Part shown: one piece after another, positions 27,901 through 38,288 of the stretch
Layout of the letters: every line of letters begins with the position of its first letter
How positions within the stretch are numbered: the stretch's first letter is position 1
IMG/VR virus record: IMGVR_UViG_3300042483_000388
DNA: 64,000 bases
Source of the DNA: a virus
Taxonomy: Duplodnaviria > Caudoviricetes
Strand: one strand, 5' to 3'
Notes under the pieces: generated by a model
Database searches by the model: none
Seen by the model: the letters and a program-made list of their open reading frames with translations, nothing else
What the model was told of the DNA's origin: nothing
Translations under genes and position numbers: made by a program

Positions 27901-30561
27901 GGAAATAGTAATTTTCCTGGAGGTGCAACTGTTATGATTAACCAACCACCATCAAGTCAGTTACCAGTACCTGGTAACCCTAATGTTGAACAATCTTATT
28001 TGAAATACGCAACAGACGTAGAATATTTTCAACTCATAACTGGTATGACTGTAAGTCAATTTTCGGGATCATCAGTGACAACTCCAGGATATTATGAAAG
28101 TTCATATCTATTCCATGACGTACAAGTTGCGGTACCCGATTGTGATGTTTTGTTACCCATACCCATTAATAATTCTTACATATATACGGTTCCTGATGTT
28201 ATAAAAACAATGTCTAATCATGATACATATGAGGTTTGTATATTTGTTAGAGGTGTTGACCCAAATACGGTACCACAAACAATAAAATATGATTTAGCAA
28301 GAATTTTTGGACAAACATCGGCATTTGGTTCTGCATTGAACATATCAGTTACAGGTCAGTATTATATGAACCAACCTATTAAAGGGACATCCGCAGGTAA
28401 AGCAACGCTAAGTCATAATACAGGTACAAATACAAGTGCTAACTTATATTTCCCATCATTTACATTTACTCCTGACGGTAATGCATATTCGGGATTTACA
28501 TCAAACTTACCATATTTTTATTTAGCGACAGACGATAATACCCCAGGTTCAAATACAGCACCATATACACCAATATTAGGGTGGGAGACAATATCTCAAA
28601 TAACACAAGGGGGCAATCTTTACCAATTACTTGGTGGATCTAATTTTACATTACCTAGACAACAAACTGATTACATTGGTGGTGGTACTTTTGCTGCTTG
28701 GGACTTAAACATACCATTTAATATGACCTTACATACTAATGATAATGGTAGTTCACCTAGTTGTGATCAAGATTGTCAGATAGGTCAATATTACAATTAT
28801 CTTAGTGGATGGTTTAATGGAGGAAATGTTCATGGTAATTTAAGTGCTGCGTATTCACCGGCTTACTATAGATATGGTTTACCCGCAATAAACTTCAATA
28901 ACCCAGTTAATATGGTTATGAGAAGTGATAGGTTACCAACATCAACAGCTGTTGAAGATGGAACCCAAACCCAAACAGGTTATGCTCTTCACCAAAATAA
29001 TAACTTTGCGGTTTATGCTGCTAGTGGTGCGTTAGACTCACCAACAATAAGTGCAGGTGGTGATTTACCAAGTGGTGAAAGTTCGGATCAAGACCCAATC
29101 ACATCAGGACTTACAAGTACTTTATCTTGTGAAGGAATGGTTCCATTAGAGTGTTATACCGGATCAGGTTCAAATGTTGGTGTTGTTCCTAGTGGTCAAT
29201 GCTCTATACCTGCAAATAGAATGATAAATGGTTGTTATTGTTTGTTAAATAAAACATACTTAGCCCAATTTGATGACGACGCAAGATTGTTCTTAGAATG
29301 GAAAGTTAGATTCACTATGAACTTTGCTGCTTGTAGAGGGGTATTCGCCCAAGTTTTTCAAAATAACTGGGTAAATGGTGTATTATATATGTTTAATTTT
29401 AACAAACAAACAAGTTACGGTTTGACTGCCAATAACCCAACCTATAACTATTGTGACGATGTAATCGTATATAATGATATAAGTAATAATTTCTACTATA
29501 GGTCTTCTCCTTGGAACGACGTAACAGATAAATTTATTGGTAAGAATTCTCCAACAATAACGTCATTACTACCAAGTTTATCGGTATTCCCTGGGTATGG
29601 GTATAATGTAAAACAAATACAATTCCCAACTACGGTTGTTGATTTAGGTCCAAGAGATAGTTTTATAAATGAAATATGTTGTGGAGGTAATTTTGGATCA
29701 TATTATGCTGACCAATTAAAATCAACATCATATCAAGATAATTCGGATATTGTTCAGTTAGGGTTTTTGTCAAGAATATTAAATGATGGTGTTAGACAAA
29801 GAATGATACCAATAAGTGTAGGTGGGAATAATAGTGAAGGAAAAGGGATTGAACAATTCTTTAATAGTACGAGAGGAGCCTATAGAATTGATGGTGATTG
29901 GGCTCAAATGTTATCAATAAATTCTGAGTGGGAAGTATTGCCATTTATTACCGAAAACTTACCCCAACCTAACCCAAATGATTATATATATTTTGGAGAT
30001 AATGGGGCCGCTAACGCTAGTGACATAAAACCTGTTATGGGATTATTCTTCCAAACACCCGATAACGATTTAAGATATAGAAAGATTGCATCTCCTGGTA
30101 TTGAAACGTTTAGTTTTACCCCTCTAATTGAAGAAAACTTTGGATATCCTAAATCACAAGTTGTCCCTAGTTATAAGTGGTCAATCAAACCAAGTGCCCC
30201 AACTAATGGTAGTGCTCAAAACATATTTGGAACTGAAGATAATAATTGGTATACCGATACCGCTGGTGCGGATTATAATGGGGGATTTTTCAAAAAACAA
30301 TATCAGTCTTTGAATTTTACGAGTTCTAATGAAAAATATAAAACCCAAACAACCGAATTAGGTTTTATCGCAAATTACGATATTAATGGTATACCACAAC
30401 CTCAACCAGGGGGAGGAATTGTTTTAGATGGTAAAGATAGTGGATTACCTGATGACGCTGTGGTTGTTGGTGGACCATACCACTTCTACTTTGGTTTAAA
30501 TAATGGAAAAACTGCGATAAACAGATTCTATAAACTTTATGTTCAAACACCACAAGAATAA
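24919..30561 (+). CDS. Large virion structural protein (1880 aa) with an N-terminal carboxypeptidase-regulatory-like beta domain and an internal hydrophobic block
   Basis: GVVVGRVFVNGGYGLPNAKVSVF...TNESGDFMIMGVPVGNQTI; hydrophobic stretch at about 26630-27010. Confidence 0.6.
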   Translation: MSKSYRIRTQVGVDKYINLNLEQDWEQLEILSLKILGNDVYTRFCADYGVVVGRVFVNGGYGLPNAKVSVFIPLDDADSLNPFIAELYPFKTIGDTTEEGYRYNLLPKLPSYRGHQSTGSFPNKGDVLMDSSYIEVFDKYYRFTVKTNESGDFMIMGVPVGNQTIVMDIDLSDMGCFSLSPQDLIQQGLATESQVDGATFKTSTNLRELPQIKNLVFDVDVRPFWGEADLCQVGITRVDFDLTKQANINIQPTSIFMGSIISTTDDDALKVSCKPKNNTGNLCELVAGPGEVLAIRQTINSDSLGLPILEQYSFEGGSKIIDADGTFVANVPMNLDYIYTNEFGEQAFSTDPKKGIPTKGKYRFKFKWQNEQGLQGSFLRANFLVPNIKEHGWVSSNTDPLNQSTTTYSYPTLPVGTTSGNTIVFGSTIGLVPLTTNNVASYQIYINGQIYLGTIESITVPAGQTFQIVATPIDPLQPQTLTFTQYPQALFSLLRSYAFSLDWDDYYDPQEAINCEDTFYEFKYNKVYTTAMFLDRYKNGIGRARHLGIKEIDNRTCKSNVNTFPVNDIIRNFDFIFFVFNILINILTFPILTLLFVAHLIAFMWPILKYLLIVLGIFLTYDAVVSGLEAIQTGLAAINDALGVLSVGLGVVVNAGLLAETIRNLLWGIAQIAIAAFKIALAAAFTAFAVLAAIKVKGFPRIGLPMISYPDCTSCDCDCGNAELDDDFDTNSVQQSIDAAAQSTSSGAYNLTLVPANSVIAPVNSAGSYNIDHPNLIWTTVNGDPDDDPFDCGPGFNGNFKSFATIIGDQDLAVEIAVRATLDFKRVISGYDVLSSTDPNRYTNDESLLLHAPQPFLWAADKELGDNTPDRRFFAYPLTDTFPQKLNEFNLRNKYFTGVNRIQTTVNPQIPGSQPFLDQVVVILMKQGTTSQLGIGGLCSFQDPNYTDVGSSNRLINLTGATLNQFGTNSITGTTVTGSSIPIVIQYANPADPNGNSNFPGGATVMINQPPSSQLPVPGNPNVEQSYLKYATDVEYFQLITGMTVSQFSGSSVTTPGYYESSYLFHDVQVAVPDCDVLLPIPINNSYIYTVPDVIKTMSNHDTYEVCIFVRGVDPNTVPQTIKYDLARIFGQTSAFGSALNISVTGQYYMNQPIKGTSAGKATLSHNTGTNTSANLYFPSFTFTPDGNAYSGFTSNLPYFYLATDDNTPGSNTAPYTPILGWETISQITQGGNLYQLLGGSNFTLPRQQTDYIGGGTFAAWDLNIPFNMTLHTNDNGSSPSCDQDCQIGQYYNYLSGWFNGGNVHGNLSAAYSPAYYRYGLPAINFNNPVNMVMRSDRLPTSTAVEDGTQTQTGYALHQNNNFAVYAASGALDSPTISAGGDLPSGESSDQDPITSGLTSTLSCEGMVPLECYTGSGSNVGVVPSGQCSIPANRMINGCYCLLNKTYLAQFDDDARLFLEWKVRFTMNFAACRGVFAQVFQNNWVNGVLYMFNFNKQTSYGLTANNPTYNYCDDVIVYNDISNNFYYRSSPWNDVTDKFIGKNSPTITSLLPSLSVFPGYGYNVKQIQFPTTVVDLGPRDSFINEICCGGNFGSYYADQLKSTSYQDNSDIVQLGFLSRILNDGVRQRMIPISVGGNNSEGKGIEQFFNSTRGAYRIDGDWAQMLSINSEWEVLPFITENLPQPNPNDYIYFGDNGAANASDIKPVMGLFFQTPDNDLRYRKIASPGIETFSFTPLIEENFGYPKSQVVPSYKWSIKPSAPTNGSAQNIFGTEDNNWYTDTAGADYNGGFFKKQYQSLNFTSSNEKYKTQTTELGFIANYDINGIPQPQPGGGIVLDGKDSGLPDDAVVVGGPYHFYFGLNNGKTAINRFYKLYVQTPQE

Positions 30562-32393
30562 TGGTTGACCCAACTAGTCGTATAATATTATCTACCCAAA
30601 GATATCAACAGGCACCAAGAACCGATCAGTTTATAAATGTGCCTTTGGAACAAACAAGTAAAAATCTTGTTGAGTTTGATAGATCTGTTGATTTAAATCT
30701 TGCCGAAGTATTTGACCAAGAAAGACAAGAATCGACAACATTTAGGCCGGTTACGAAATTTACGGTTTTATTTGAAAATGCCTTAACTGGAACATCAATA
30801 TATTCACCATTTAGGGATAACTTATATTATACAAATGCTTTAGGTAATTCTATTTTGGCTTACCCAGGAGGTATTAGTACTACTGGTAATACCTCTAATG
30901 TGCCACCAAACCCGTTTGTGACTACAATTCCATGGGAAGGGTTTCCGCAATACCCTGAGTTTGATTTTATTAGAACCGATAATAATGTTCCGGGATATAC
31001 AATACCACCACAAAACCACATTCTTTTTAAAAATGTTAGTGCGACAACATATAATTGGTCTCATTATATGAGCTATCCATTTGAAAATGATTACAATAAA
31101 ACACTATATGCTGTTGAACCCAACACATTATTTAATTGGACTTGGGTTGCCAGTGATGGATTACCATTCATAGTTTTAAATGGGTCAAACGCCCAATTAA
31201 GAGAAATATCATTTAAGTGTCCTATGATGCATGGATTAAGTGTTGGGGAATTTGTCCAACTATCAATTAGTTATGGAACGCAAGACTCATTCCAAGTCTC
31301 AAGTTTGGGGGATAGTGGATCGGGATCTGAAGACTACATATTTAATATTGCAAATGTTGGATACATAGGAACAACTTTCCAACAATTTACACAAGGAACC
31401 TTCAAAAGGATTATAAATCTTGCAAATTCTTCAGATACGGTAAGTTCTTATTACATAAGAAGACATAAAATATTAACTACTCCTGAGTGTTCTGTTTTGG
31501 TAAATGCTGGATTTGAACAAAACATTTATGGTGATAAAACAAAATGTGAGATTAAACCATTAACACCAAATCAAAAGGCAAGAACATCTGTAAAGGAAGG
31601 CGCTAGATCATACACCCTTTCATTTAATTGCGATATCGATATTAACGGATTGCAGGACAACCAAAGAAGACCATTAACAAGTTTATTTTTCACAACAATT
31701 TGGAGAGGATATTTGGGGTGGACAAGTAATATGAAACAAGGTTGGCATTTTAACACTTATTTGGAGGGTGGAAAACCACAAATATGGTGGGATCAAAATA
31801 ATGTTAATTCAAATACTAACATACCACAATCATTTTACTACACGGCGATTGGTGATGCAACATTTAATAATGTTCCTACCGAATTCTTTTATAATGAGTT
31901 ATTAACAACTGGAGACACCTTAGATGGTGATTATTGTGAATGGAATGATTTTGAACAATTAGAGAGAGTTATTTCAACACACCAACATAAAATAAAATAC
32001 AACCAAAATTGGTTTATATTGGACAATGATTTGCCACCCGAAAATCAACCTGGTTATTTCTATCAACCACACAACCCAATAGAAATATCATCCTTCTCCG
32101 ATTATATAGAGGAAGGAAGTGGTGTTAATGTTGTTGGTATTCCGGATTACGCATATTACTCAACATTATCAGCACTTTTTAGATGGAGAGATAAGTATCC
32201 ATATGGATATGTAGATACTGATGGGATTGGGGTTGATTACCCATTCTTAAACGGAAAACATTATCCATATGAGAATACAATATTTAGAGTTACCCCTGAG
32301 GCATATAATATACCAAGTGATTATGCAACAATAGGATTGGTTCCACCGAACATAACAACAATAGCAGACCCGGCAGTAGATGAATGCGAATAA
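30561..32393 (+). CDS. Virion structural protein (610 aa)
   Basis: TAATG coupling within the baseplate/tail operon; beta-rich composition. Confidence 0.6.
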   Translation: MVDPTSRIILSTQRYQQAPRTDQFINVPLEQTSKNLVEFDRSVDLNLAEVFDQERQESTTFRPVTKFTVLFENALTGTSIYSPFRDNLYYTNALGNSILAYPGGISTTGNTSNVPPNPFVTTIPWEGFPQYPEFDFIRTDNNVPGYTIPPQNHILFKNVSATTYNWSHYMSYPFENDYNKTLYAVEPNTLFNWTWVASDGLPFIVLNGSNAQLREISFKCPMMHGLSVGEFVQLSISYGTQDSFQVSSLGDSGSGSEDYIFNIANVGYIGTTFQQFTQGTFKRIINLANSSDTVSSYYIRRHKILTTPECSVLVNAGFEQNIYGDKTKCEIKPLTPNQKARTSVKEGARSYTLSFNCDIDINGLQDNQRRPLTSLFFTTIWRGYLGWTSNMKQGWHFNTYLEGGKPQIWWDQNNVNSNTNIPQSFYYTAIGDATFNNVPTEFFYNELLTTGDTLDGDYCEWNDFEQLERVISTHQHKIKYNQNWFILDNDLPPENQPGYFYQPHNPIEISSFSDYIEEGSGVNVVGIPDYAYYSTLSALFRWRDKYPYGYVDTDGIGVDYPFLNGKHYPYENTIFRVTPEAYNIPSDYATIGLVPPNITTIADPAVDECE

Positions 32394-33189
32394 AATAAAA
32401 ATAGTAAAAGCTGATTTAGATCAATATGTGAATATTCCGATCAACATGACTTGGGACTTCTTAGGTCGTGAAGATAGTATTGAGGAATATGAGGTTGAAA
32501 TGATTAAAGAAGTTATTGGATCGGCAAATGATTTTGAAATTGCAAGATTTGCAAATAACATTGATTTAAATCAGGATAGCTCAATTAACTACGAATTTTA
32601 TTTTTATGATAATATAAGTCCTATTAGTGCGGTTACGGTTACAAGTGCCAATTGGGGTATGTCATATTTAAATGAAGGGTTTTCGGTTCAGGATGTATAT
32701 TACTATTCAAAACCTTTTACCAAATCATTTTTTAAATTAGATTTTTATGATACTGACAACGAAAAGACTCAACAAATATTTTTATCAATAATATTACCCG
32801 TACAACAAGGTTTAACTGAAACGGTAACTTTATCACCAACATTACCACCTGTGGAAATTAAAAAACCTCAAATGGTATTGGATTATATTGGAGATAAAGA
32901 AGGGTTCTTTATTTATTGGTTAAGAAATAGGGAGTTTGTTGATATTAATGAATTTTTTATGACAGGTAAGTTCTTTGACGGAAGACTCGGAGTATTTGTT
33001 CAAATGACAAACACACCACAAACTCAAATAACACCAAACAAATTTAACTTTAACAATGCAGATTATTATTACTACAAAGTTAAATTAGATTACAACACTA
33101 AAACTTACGAAGTGTTCTCAACGGCAACCAATCTTAGGGTTGGTGGTGCGACAACACCGATAAAATGGTATGAATACGTTAACCCATAA
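32380..33189 (+). CDS. Virion structural protein (269 aa)
   Basis: Overlapping start in the tail operon; rich in aromatic and beta-forming residues. Confidence 0.6.
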   Translation: MNANKIKIVKADLDQYVNIPINMTWDFLGREDSIEEYEVEMIKEVIGSANDFEIARFANNIDLNQDSSINYEFYFYDNISPISAVTVTSANWGMSYLNEGFSVQDVYYYSKPFTKSFFKLDFYDTDNEKTQQIFLSIILPVQQGLTETVTLSPTLPPVEIKKPQMVLDYIGDKEGFFIYWLRNREFVDINEFFMTGKFFDGRLGVFVQMTNTPQTQITPNKFNFNNADYYYYKVKLDYNTKTYEVFSTATNLRVGGATTPIKWYEYVNP

Positions 33190-34364
33190 TGGAATTACAA
33201 CAATATAAGTTCATAGTCTCTCCTGAGAATATTAAATCAGATATCGTTTTTGTTAACTATACTGGCGATACAGACATAACGACCATTATTGATCCTTGTT
33301 GTTTAACATCAGCAACAACAATTACCGTTACCACAGGAACTACAGGTGTTTATCTACCTATGAGTTATGTGTTATCGGGAAATACTGGAGGGACTTCATT
33401 TCTAACGGGACTTACTGTTAATCTTTTGTTAACTGAAAGCACTGTTGATATAGGGTATTATTCTCCCTTTGATGGTGCTATTTTACAAAAGGAAGTGTTG
33501 AATAATTTTATTACAACGGCAGACACAATTAACCCATATACGTATATATTTTATAACACCTCAGACCTTGAACTCATAAAGTTCTTATCGTTGGTAACAT
33601 ATACTTTAAATTGGGGGGATGGATCACCAGAACAATTGGTTTTGGGTATTTCACCACTCAGTCACACTTACCCTGCAGCAAACAACACATATACAATTAC
33701 TTTAACCTCTAATTCTCCTTGGGGAAAATCAATAGTTCAAAAAACGGTAACCACCCCGTTCACAAATGTAACTATCCCAAACCCCGAAGGAAATATGGTA
33801 TTCTATCCTGTGGGTGGCAGTTGGAGTGGAACTCCTATCAGTTATGATTATATCTTTTCGGGAGACTCAAATACGAATATTAACGACTTTTATTCATACA
33901 ACTATACATCAGTGCCGTTTCCGGTTAGTGGGTATACGACATCCACTTTAAATGATATTGCTCAGTTTGGGCCAAAAATATATTTGTCAGGAGGAAAATA
34001 TAAATTAGGAATACAAGTAACGGGTACCACTGGAGCCGTTGGAACTTATTGGGGTGTTGATCCATCGGGTCTTTACAGTGCATATACAATCAATGGGGTA
34101 AATTATCTTGATTATGATGATTACACGGTTTACGTCACTGACTCTTATGGTTATGTTCCTGGTGAGATAATAATGACCGGGTTAACAAAAAACGAGGCCT
34201 TATTAAATGTTATTGACCAACCTGAGGTTATTACCAATCTTTATATTGAGAGGGGTAAAAACACTCCATTAGAAAATGTGATGAGAATAGGGGAAGTTGA
34301 TAATATGGGTGATTTAGAAAAGTATGGATACAAATATTTTACGATTAAAAAAGTGTCCACATAA
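33189..34364 (+). CDS. Virion structural protein with a PKD-like domain
   Basis: YTLNWGDGSP...SHTYPAANNTYTITLT PKD signature. Confidence 0.65.
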   Translation: MELQQYKFIVSPENIKSDIVFVNYTGDTDITTIIDPCCLTSATTITVTTGTTGVYLPMSYVLSGNTGGTSFLTGLTVNLLLTESTVDIGYYSPFDGAILQKEVLNNFITTADTINPYTYIFYNTSDLELIKFLSLVTYTLNWGDGSPEQLVLGISPLSHTYPAANNTYTITLTSNSPWGKSIVQKTVTTPFTNVTIPNPEGNMVFYPVGGSWSGTPISYDYIFSGDSNTNINDFYSYNYTSVPFPVSGYTTSTLNDIAQFGPKIYLSGGKYKLGIQVTGTTGAVGTYWGVDPSGLYSAYTINGVNYLDYDDYTVYVTDSYGYVPGEIIMTGLTKNEALLNVIDQPEVITNLYIERGKNTPLENVMRIGEVDNMGDLEKYGYKYFTIKKVST

Positions 34365-34365
34365 C

Positions 34366-34373
34366 TATTTATA
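34366..34373 (+). promoter_or_regulatory. TATTTATA putative late promoter
   Basis: Motif before the ATG at 34396. Confidence 0.55.
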
Positions 34374-34395
34374 AAAAAGAAAAAACAAATTTAAG

Positions 34396-35301
34396 ATGGC
34401 AACGGGAAACTATGGTGTAATAAGAGGCAGTGATGTTAGTCCTGAGGACGTAGAAATCATAATGACTTATACAGAGTCAAGAGATGATACTCAAAATTTC
34501 ATCCTAACAACTTTGAACGCACAAGACGTTCTAAGACCCTATTTTAATAATACGGCAACAGGTGGTAGTTCAGTGGAAATACTTGGTGGTTTATATAACC
34601 TTAAACTACCTGCAGACCAATTCAATAAACTTGGTATATATACCCTTTTAATTAGACCAGCTCAAATTAGAACTTCCATTACGGATTGTGGTGTATTATC
34701 CTCACTTCCAAATGTTAAGGGTATTGTGATAGATATTACAAATGTTCCAACACAATTTAAAAATAAATTTGTTAACCAAGGATTGGTTGGGTTTAGAGTT
34801 GAGTATTTAAACTCCGATGGGACTAAAATACCTAATTTCTTTAGAATTATAACATCATCGTTCTATTGTGAACCAGTTGTTCAAAATCTTACAAACACAA
34901 TACAAAAATCAATTAGATATAGATATGTTGAGGGTAATACTAACTTAATATTCTGCACTCTTTCACCATCTTCATCACCGACAAACAAACCAAGTGCGAC
35001 ACCATTTATTGGTCAACCGGCTCAAAACATTATTATAACAAACACATATTTTAATCCAATATCAACTGAAATTGAAATCGTAGATCAAGATATTTCGACA
35101 TTAGCAATTGCCCTTTATGGTAATCAAACCAAATCTATTGAAGATGGTATCTATACGATTTACGACTCTAGTAATAATATATATAAACAATACAACTTAT
35201 ACGAAATTAAAGACCAATTCAACGCATTGTTGTATGAGGTTAGACAAGATCGTGGTAATAACATTGATTTTTCAAAAGCATTTAACAATATAACCGTATA
35301 A
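34396..35301 (+). CDS. Virion structural protein (301 aa)
   Basis: Operon context; coupled to the next gene. Confidence 0.6.
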   Translation: MATGNYGVIRGSDVSPEDVEIIMTYTESRDDTQNFILTTLNAQDVLRPYFNNTATGGSSVEILGGLYNLKLPADQFNKLGIYTLLIRPAQIRTSITDCGVLSSLPNVKGIVIDITNVPTQFKNKFVNQGLVGFRVEYLNSDGTKIPNFFRIITSSFYCEPVVQNLTNTIQKSIRYRYVEGNTNLIFCTLSPSSSPTNKPSATPFIGQPAQNIIITNTYFNPISTEIEIVDQDISTLAIALYGNQTKSIEDGIYTIYDSSNNIYKQYNLYEIKDQFNALLYEVRQDRGNNIDFSKAFNNITV

Positions 35302-38288
35302 TGGCAATAAATAAATTTACTTGTCCACCACAGAGTAGTGCAGCAAATCAGTTCTCTAACAACTTAGTTGGGGTACAACTTGTTGCTGGTGGTGGTTTAA
35401 CTCAGGCAAATTTTAATTTTACCACCGGAATAAGTGAAAAACAGAATAGAACTTTTACTATTGGGGCGTTTTCTGAACCAATTAATTTGGAATCAATTAA
35501 TATTGATACAATTGCCGAATCAAGAGAAATAATTGCCAAAAACTATAGGATTTACCCTAATTATGACTTATCTCAGGTAACGAACTTTACTCAATATGGT
35601 TCTTTAGTTAAAAGATTTTCAGTATCAATAGCGAAGATTATTAATTTTTTTCCGGCTGGTTTAGAAGTTTCGCCACAAACAGCGACTTTTTCAACACAAG
35701 AAACAGCACATAATATTTCATATAACCAAACAGAAAATGAGACCTACTTAGAGGTTAGTATTTCATCAATTAGAAACCCATTTGATATTGATTACACTGA
35801 AAGTGCGACAAGAAACTTTTTATTAAGAGAAAATGAGGTTTCCGTATTGAGAAATATGACGGAAAACTATAAGAAGTATGTCATATATTTAAATGGAATA
35901 GAGTATCCTATAAATTACTTATACCCAACAACAAGTACCTCAACAGAATTAAGGTTGATTGTTGATGGTAATCCTTTCGAGGGTAATCAAATAACTTACG
36001 ATTATTTAGTTATTAGACCTAACAATTATGAAGTAAATAAGGTGTTTAACATGGATTTTACACCTGTTGAGAACTTCTTACTTAACAGACAAATTACGCC
36101 GGCTTACACATCAACCTTTAAAGTGCCAATTCAAAATGAAGATGGGACATATACCATCACTAGTACGTTTGCCACTTTCCCTAAGAGTGGTATTTGGAAT
36201 TTGGACATTACGTCAGTTAGTTTTGATAACTATTTGATAAAGATCAATAACTTCGCAATAAATTTAGATACCTACAATACAAATATAATCTCAAGATTTT
36301 TAACAACAGGAGCCTTAAAAGAGTTTGACACTCCAGATCAAAAATATGAGAAATTGTTGCAAATATATGGTAGAAGTTTTGATGAGACAAGACAATTTAT
36401 TACCGCATTAGGAAACATGAATAGTGTTCATTATACAATTAAAAATGATATACCATCACAATTACTTAAAAATTTAGCTCAAACATTAGGGTGGACTACA
36501 AACTTTTCACCAATTTCAAACGAAGAATTATTACAAGCGGTCTTTACACACCAACCAAACACATTTGCCGGATTACAAATAGGTCAAACACCAGAAGAAT
36601 TAAATTATCAATTCTATAGAAACCTAATATTAAATTCCGCTTGGTTATTTAAGTCTAAAGGAACAAGAAAATCTATTGAGTGTTTATTAAGGATGGTTGG
36701 TGCGCCTGAGGCGTTAATTGATTTTAACGAGTATATTTATGTTGCCGACCAAAGAATTAATATGGGTGAGTTCCAACAACAATTTTTCCAAATAACGGGA
36801 GGAACTTACCAACAACAATTTTCGGTTTATGAAACTAGTAACGTATTTTCAATACATGGAGTACAATATACTGGATTTACAACAACTACATCAAACGAAA
36901 ATGTAACAACAATACGAAATGATTATCCTGTTGATGATTTTGGTTGTCCACAAATGCCAATCCCATCAGAAACGTATTTTTATCAAATTGGTGGTGGTTG
37001 GTTTGAATCAACACCAGAACATAGAATGCCGGCAGCATTCATACCAACCAATTTAACATTTACCGGAAACAACCCAAATTTTCAAACAACACTTTTACCA
37101 TTTAATTATGGTCTGGAGTATCTACAACGATATGAACAATTTCCGTTTATGGATTTAGGTTTCAAATTAAGAAGTGTTATTGATAATAAAAAAAGTTGGG
37201 TTAATAATGAACCAACATTAAGAAAAAGTTTTGATGGTGGATTTAATGCGTATTATTCTGTTGGAGAAGAATGTTTAACAATTAATGTAAAAAATGTTGA
37301 TGTGTTTATGAACCCATCACAAGGTCTTGTTTATGATGTTTGGACAATGTCAAGACAATATAATTACCCAATTCCGGAACAAGGACTATTCTACTCACCA
37401 CCATCACCTTGTAATATACCAAACCCATACCCAAAAATTGGTGGAATAGATTGGACAGTTATTATACCAAAACCAAAACAAAAAACATTCTTTGAGTTTG
37501 CTCAAACTTTTTGGCATAATATGATAAATGTTAGAAATCGTCAATACATTACGGATGGTAAAACTGGAGGGTATCCAACACTACAATCTATTTATTGGAA
37601 GTATTTGGAGTCAGGACAAACTATAGGAATTCCTAACGATAATTTTACATATCAAACGATGATTGATTATGTAAATGGTATGGGGGATTATTGGGTTAGA
37701 TTAGTGGAACAAATGATACCGGCAACCACAATTTGGAATACTGGTGTCAGACTTGAAAACTCAATATTCCATAGACAAAAATTCGTATGGAGAAGACAAG
37801 TTGGGTGTCAAATTATACCGGTTCCTTGCAAACCTTGTTCTCTTACCACACAACTATATGTTTATGATTGTCCAATACAACAGGTAACTTGTCCACTATA
37901 TCCTTGGAATAGTGATCCACAATCAACCTCATTTGGTGTTGTATTGAATAGTACTCTAGATAACTTCTATAGTGTTAATGGTTTAAATGCTTCTGTTTGT
38001 CAACCATCATCAGTTGTTACCACATGGTATGTGGATATAAGATTGAATGGTGTTCCATTGACACAATACCCTTTCTTTAATGGTATTGGTAATTTATCCG
38101 CACCAACAGATACTCAGTGGGTGGTAGCGTTAGAAGATGTGTTAGATAGTTTACTCACATTAGGATATAGTTATAATATAGATACGGACAATGATTTGGT
38201 TCAGGTATATAGTAATAATTGTCAACCAAACTCTGACGACTTTCAAATAAACGTAGGAATTTCCTTTGAATTATATTGTAATAACTAA
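35301..38288 (+). CDS. Baseplate wedge protein with a P2 gpI/T4 gp7-like segment
   Basis: LLKNLAQTLGW...RNLILNSAWLFKSKGTRKSIECLLRMVG resembles the Tail_P2_I motif. Confidence 0.65.
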   Translation: MAINKFTCPPQSSAANQFSNNLVGVQLVAGGGLTQANFNFTTGISEKQNRTFTIGAFSEPINLESINIDTIAESREIIAKNYRIYPNYDLSQVTNFTQYGSLVKRFSVSIAKIINFFPAGLEVSPQTATFSTQETAHNISYNQTENETYLEVSISSIRNPFDIDYTESATRNFLLRENEVSVLRNMTENYKKYVIYLNGIEYPINYLYPTTSTSTELRLIVDGNPFEGNQITYDYLVIRPNNYEVNKVFNMDFTPVENFLLNRQITPAYTSTFKVPIQNEDGTYTITSTFATFPKSGIWNLDITSVSFDNYLIKINNFAINLDTYNTNIISRFLTTGALKEFDTPDQKYEKLLQIYGRSFDETRQFITALGNMNSVHYTIKNDIPSQLLKNLAQTLGWTTNFSPISNEELLQAVFTHQPNTFAGLQIGQTPEELNYQFYRNLILNSAWLFKSKGTRKSIECLLRMVGAPEALIDFNEYIYVADQRINMGEFQQQFFQITGGTYQQQFSVYETSNVFSIHGVQYTGFTTTTSNENVTTIRNDYPVDDFGCPQMPIPSETYFYQIGGGWFESTPEHRMPAAFIPTNLTFTGNNPNFQTTLLPFNYGLEYLQRYEQFPFMDLGFKLRSVIDNKKSWVNNEPTLRKSFDGGFNAYYSVGEECLTINVKNVDVFMNPSQGLVYDVWTMSRQYNYPIPEQGLFYSPPSPCNIPNPYPKIGGIDWTVIIPKPKQKTFFEFAQTFWHNMINVRNRQYITDGKTGGYPTLQSIYWKYLESGQTIGIPNDNFTYQTMIDYVNGMGDYWVRLVEQMIPATTIWNTGVRLENSIFHRQKFVWRRQVGCQIIPVPCKPCSLTTQLYVYDCPIQQVTCPLYPWNSDPQSTSFGVVLNSTLDNFYSVNGLNASVCQPSSVVTTWYVDIRLNGVPLTQYPFFNGIGNLSAPTDTQWVVALEDVLDSLLTLGYSYNIDTDNDLVQVYSNNCQPNSDDFQINVGISFELYCNN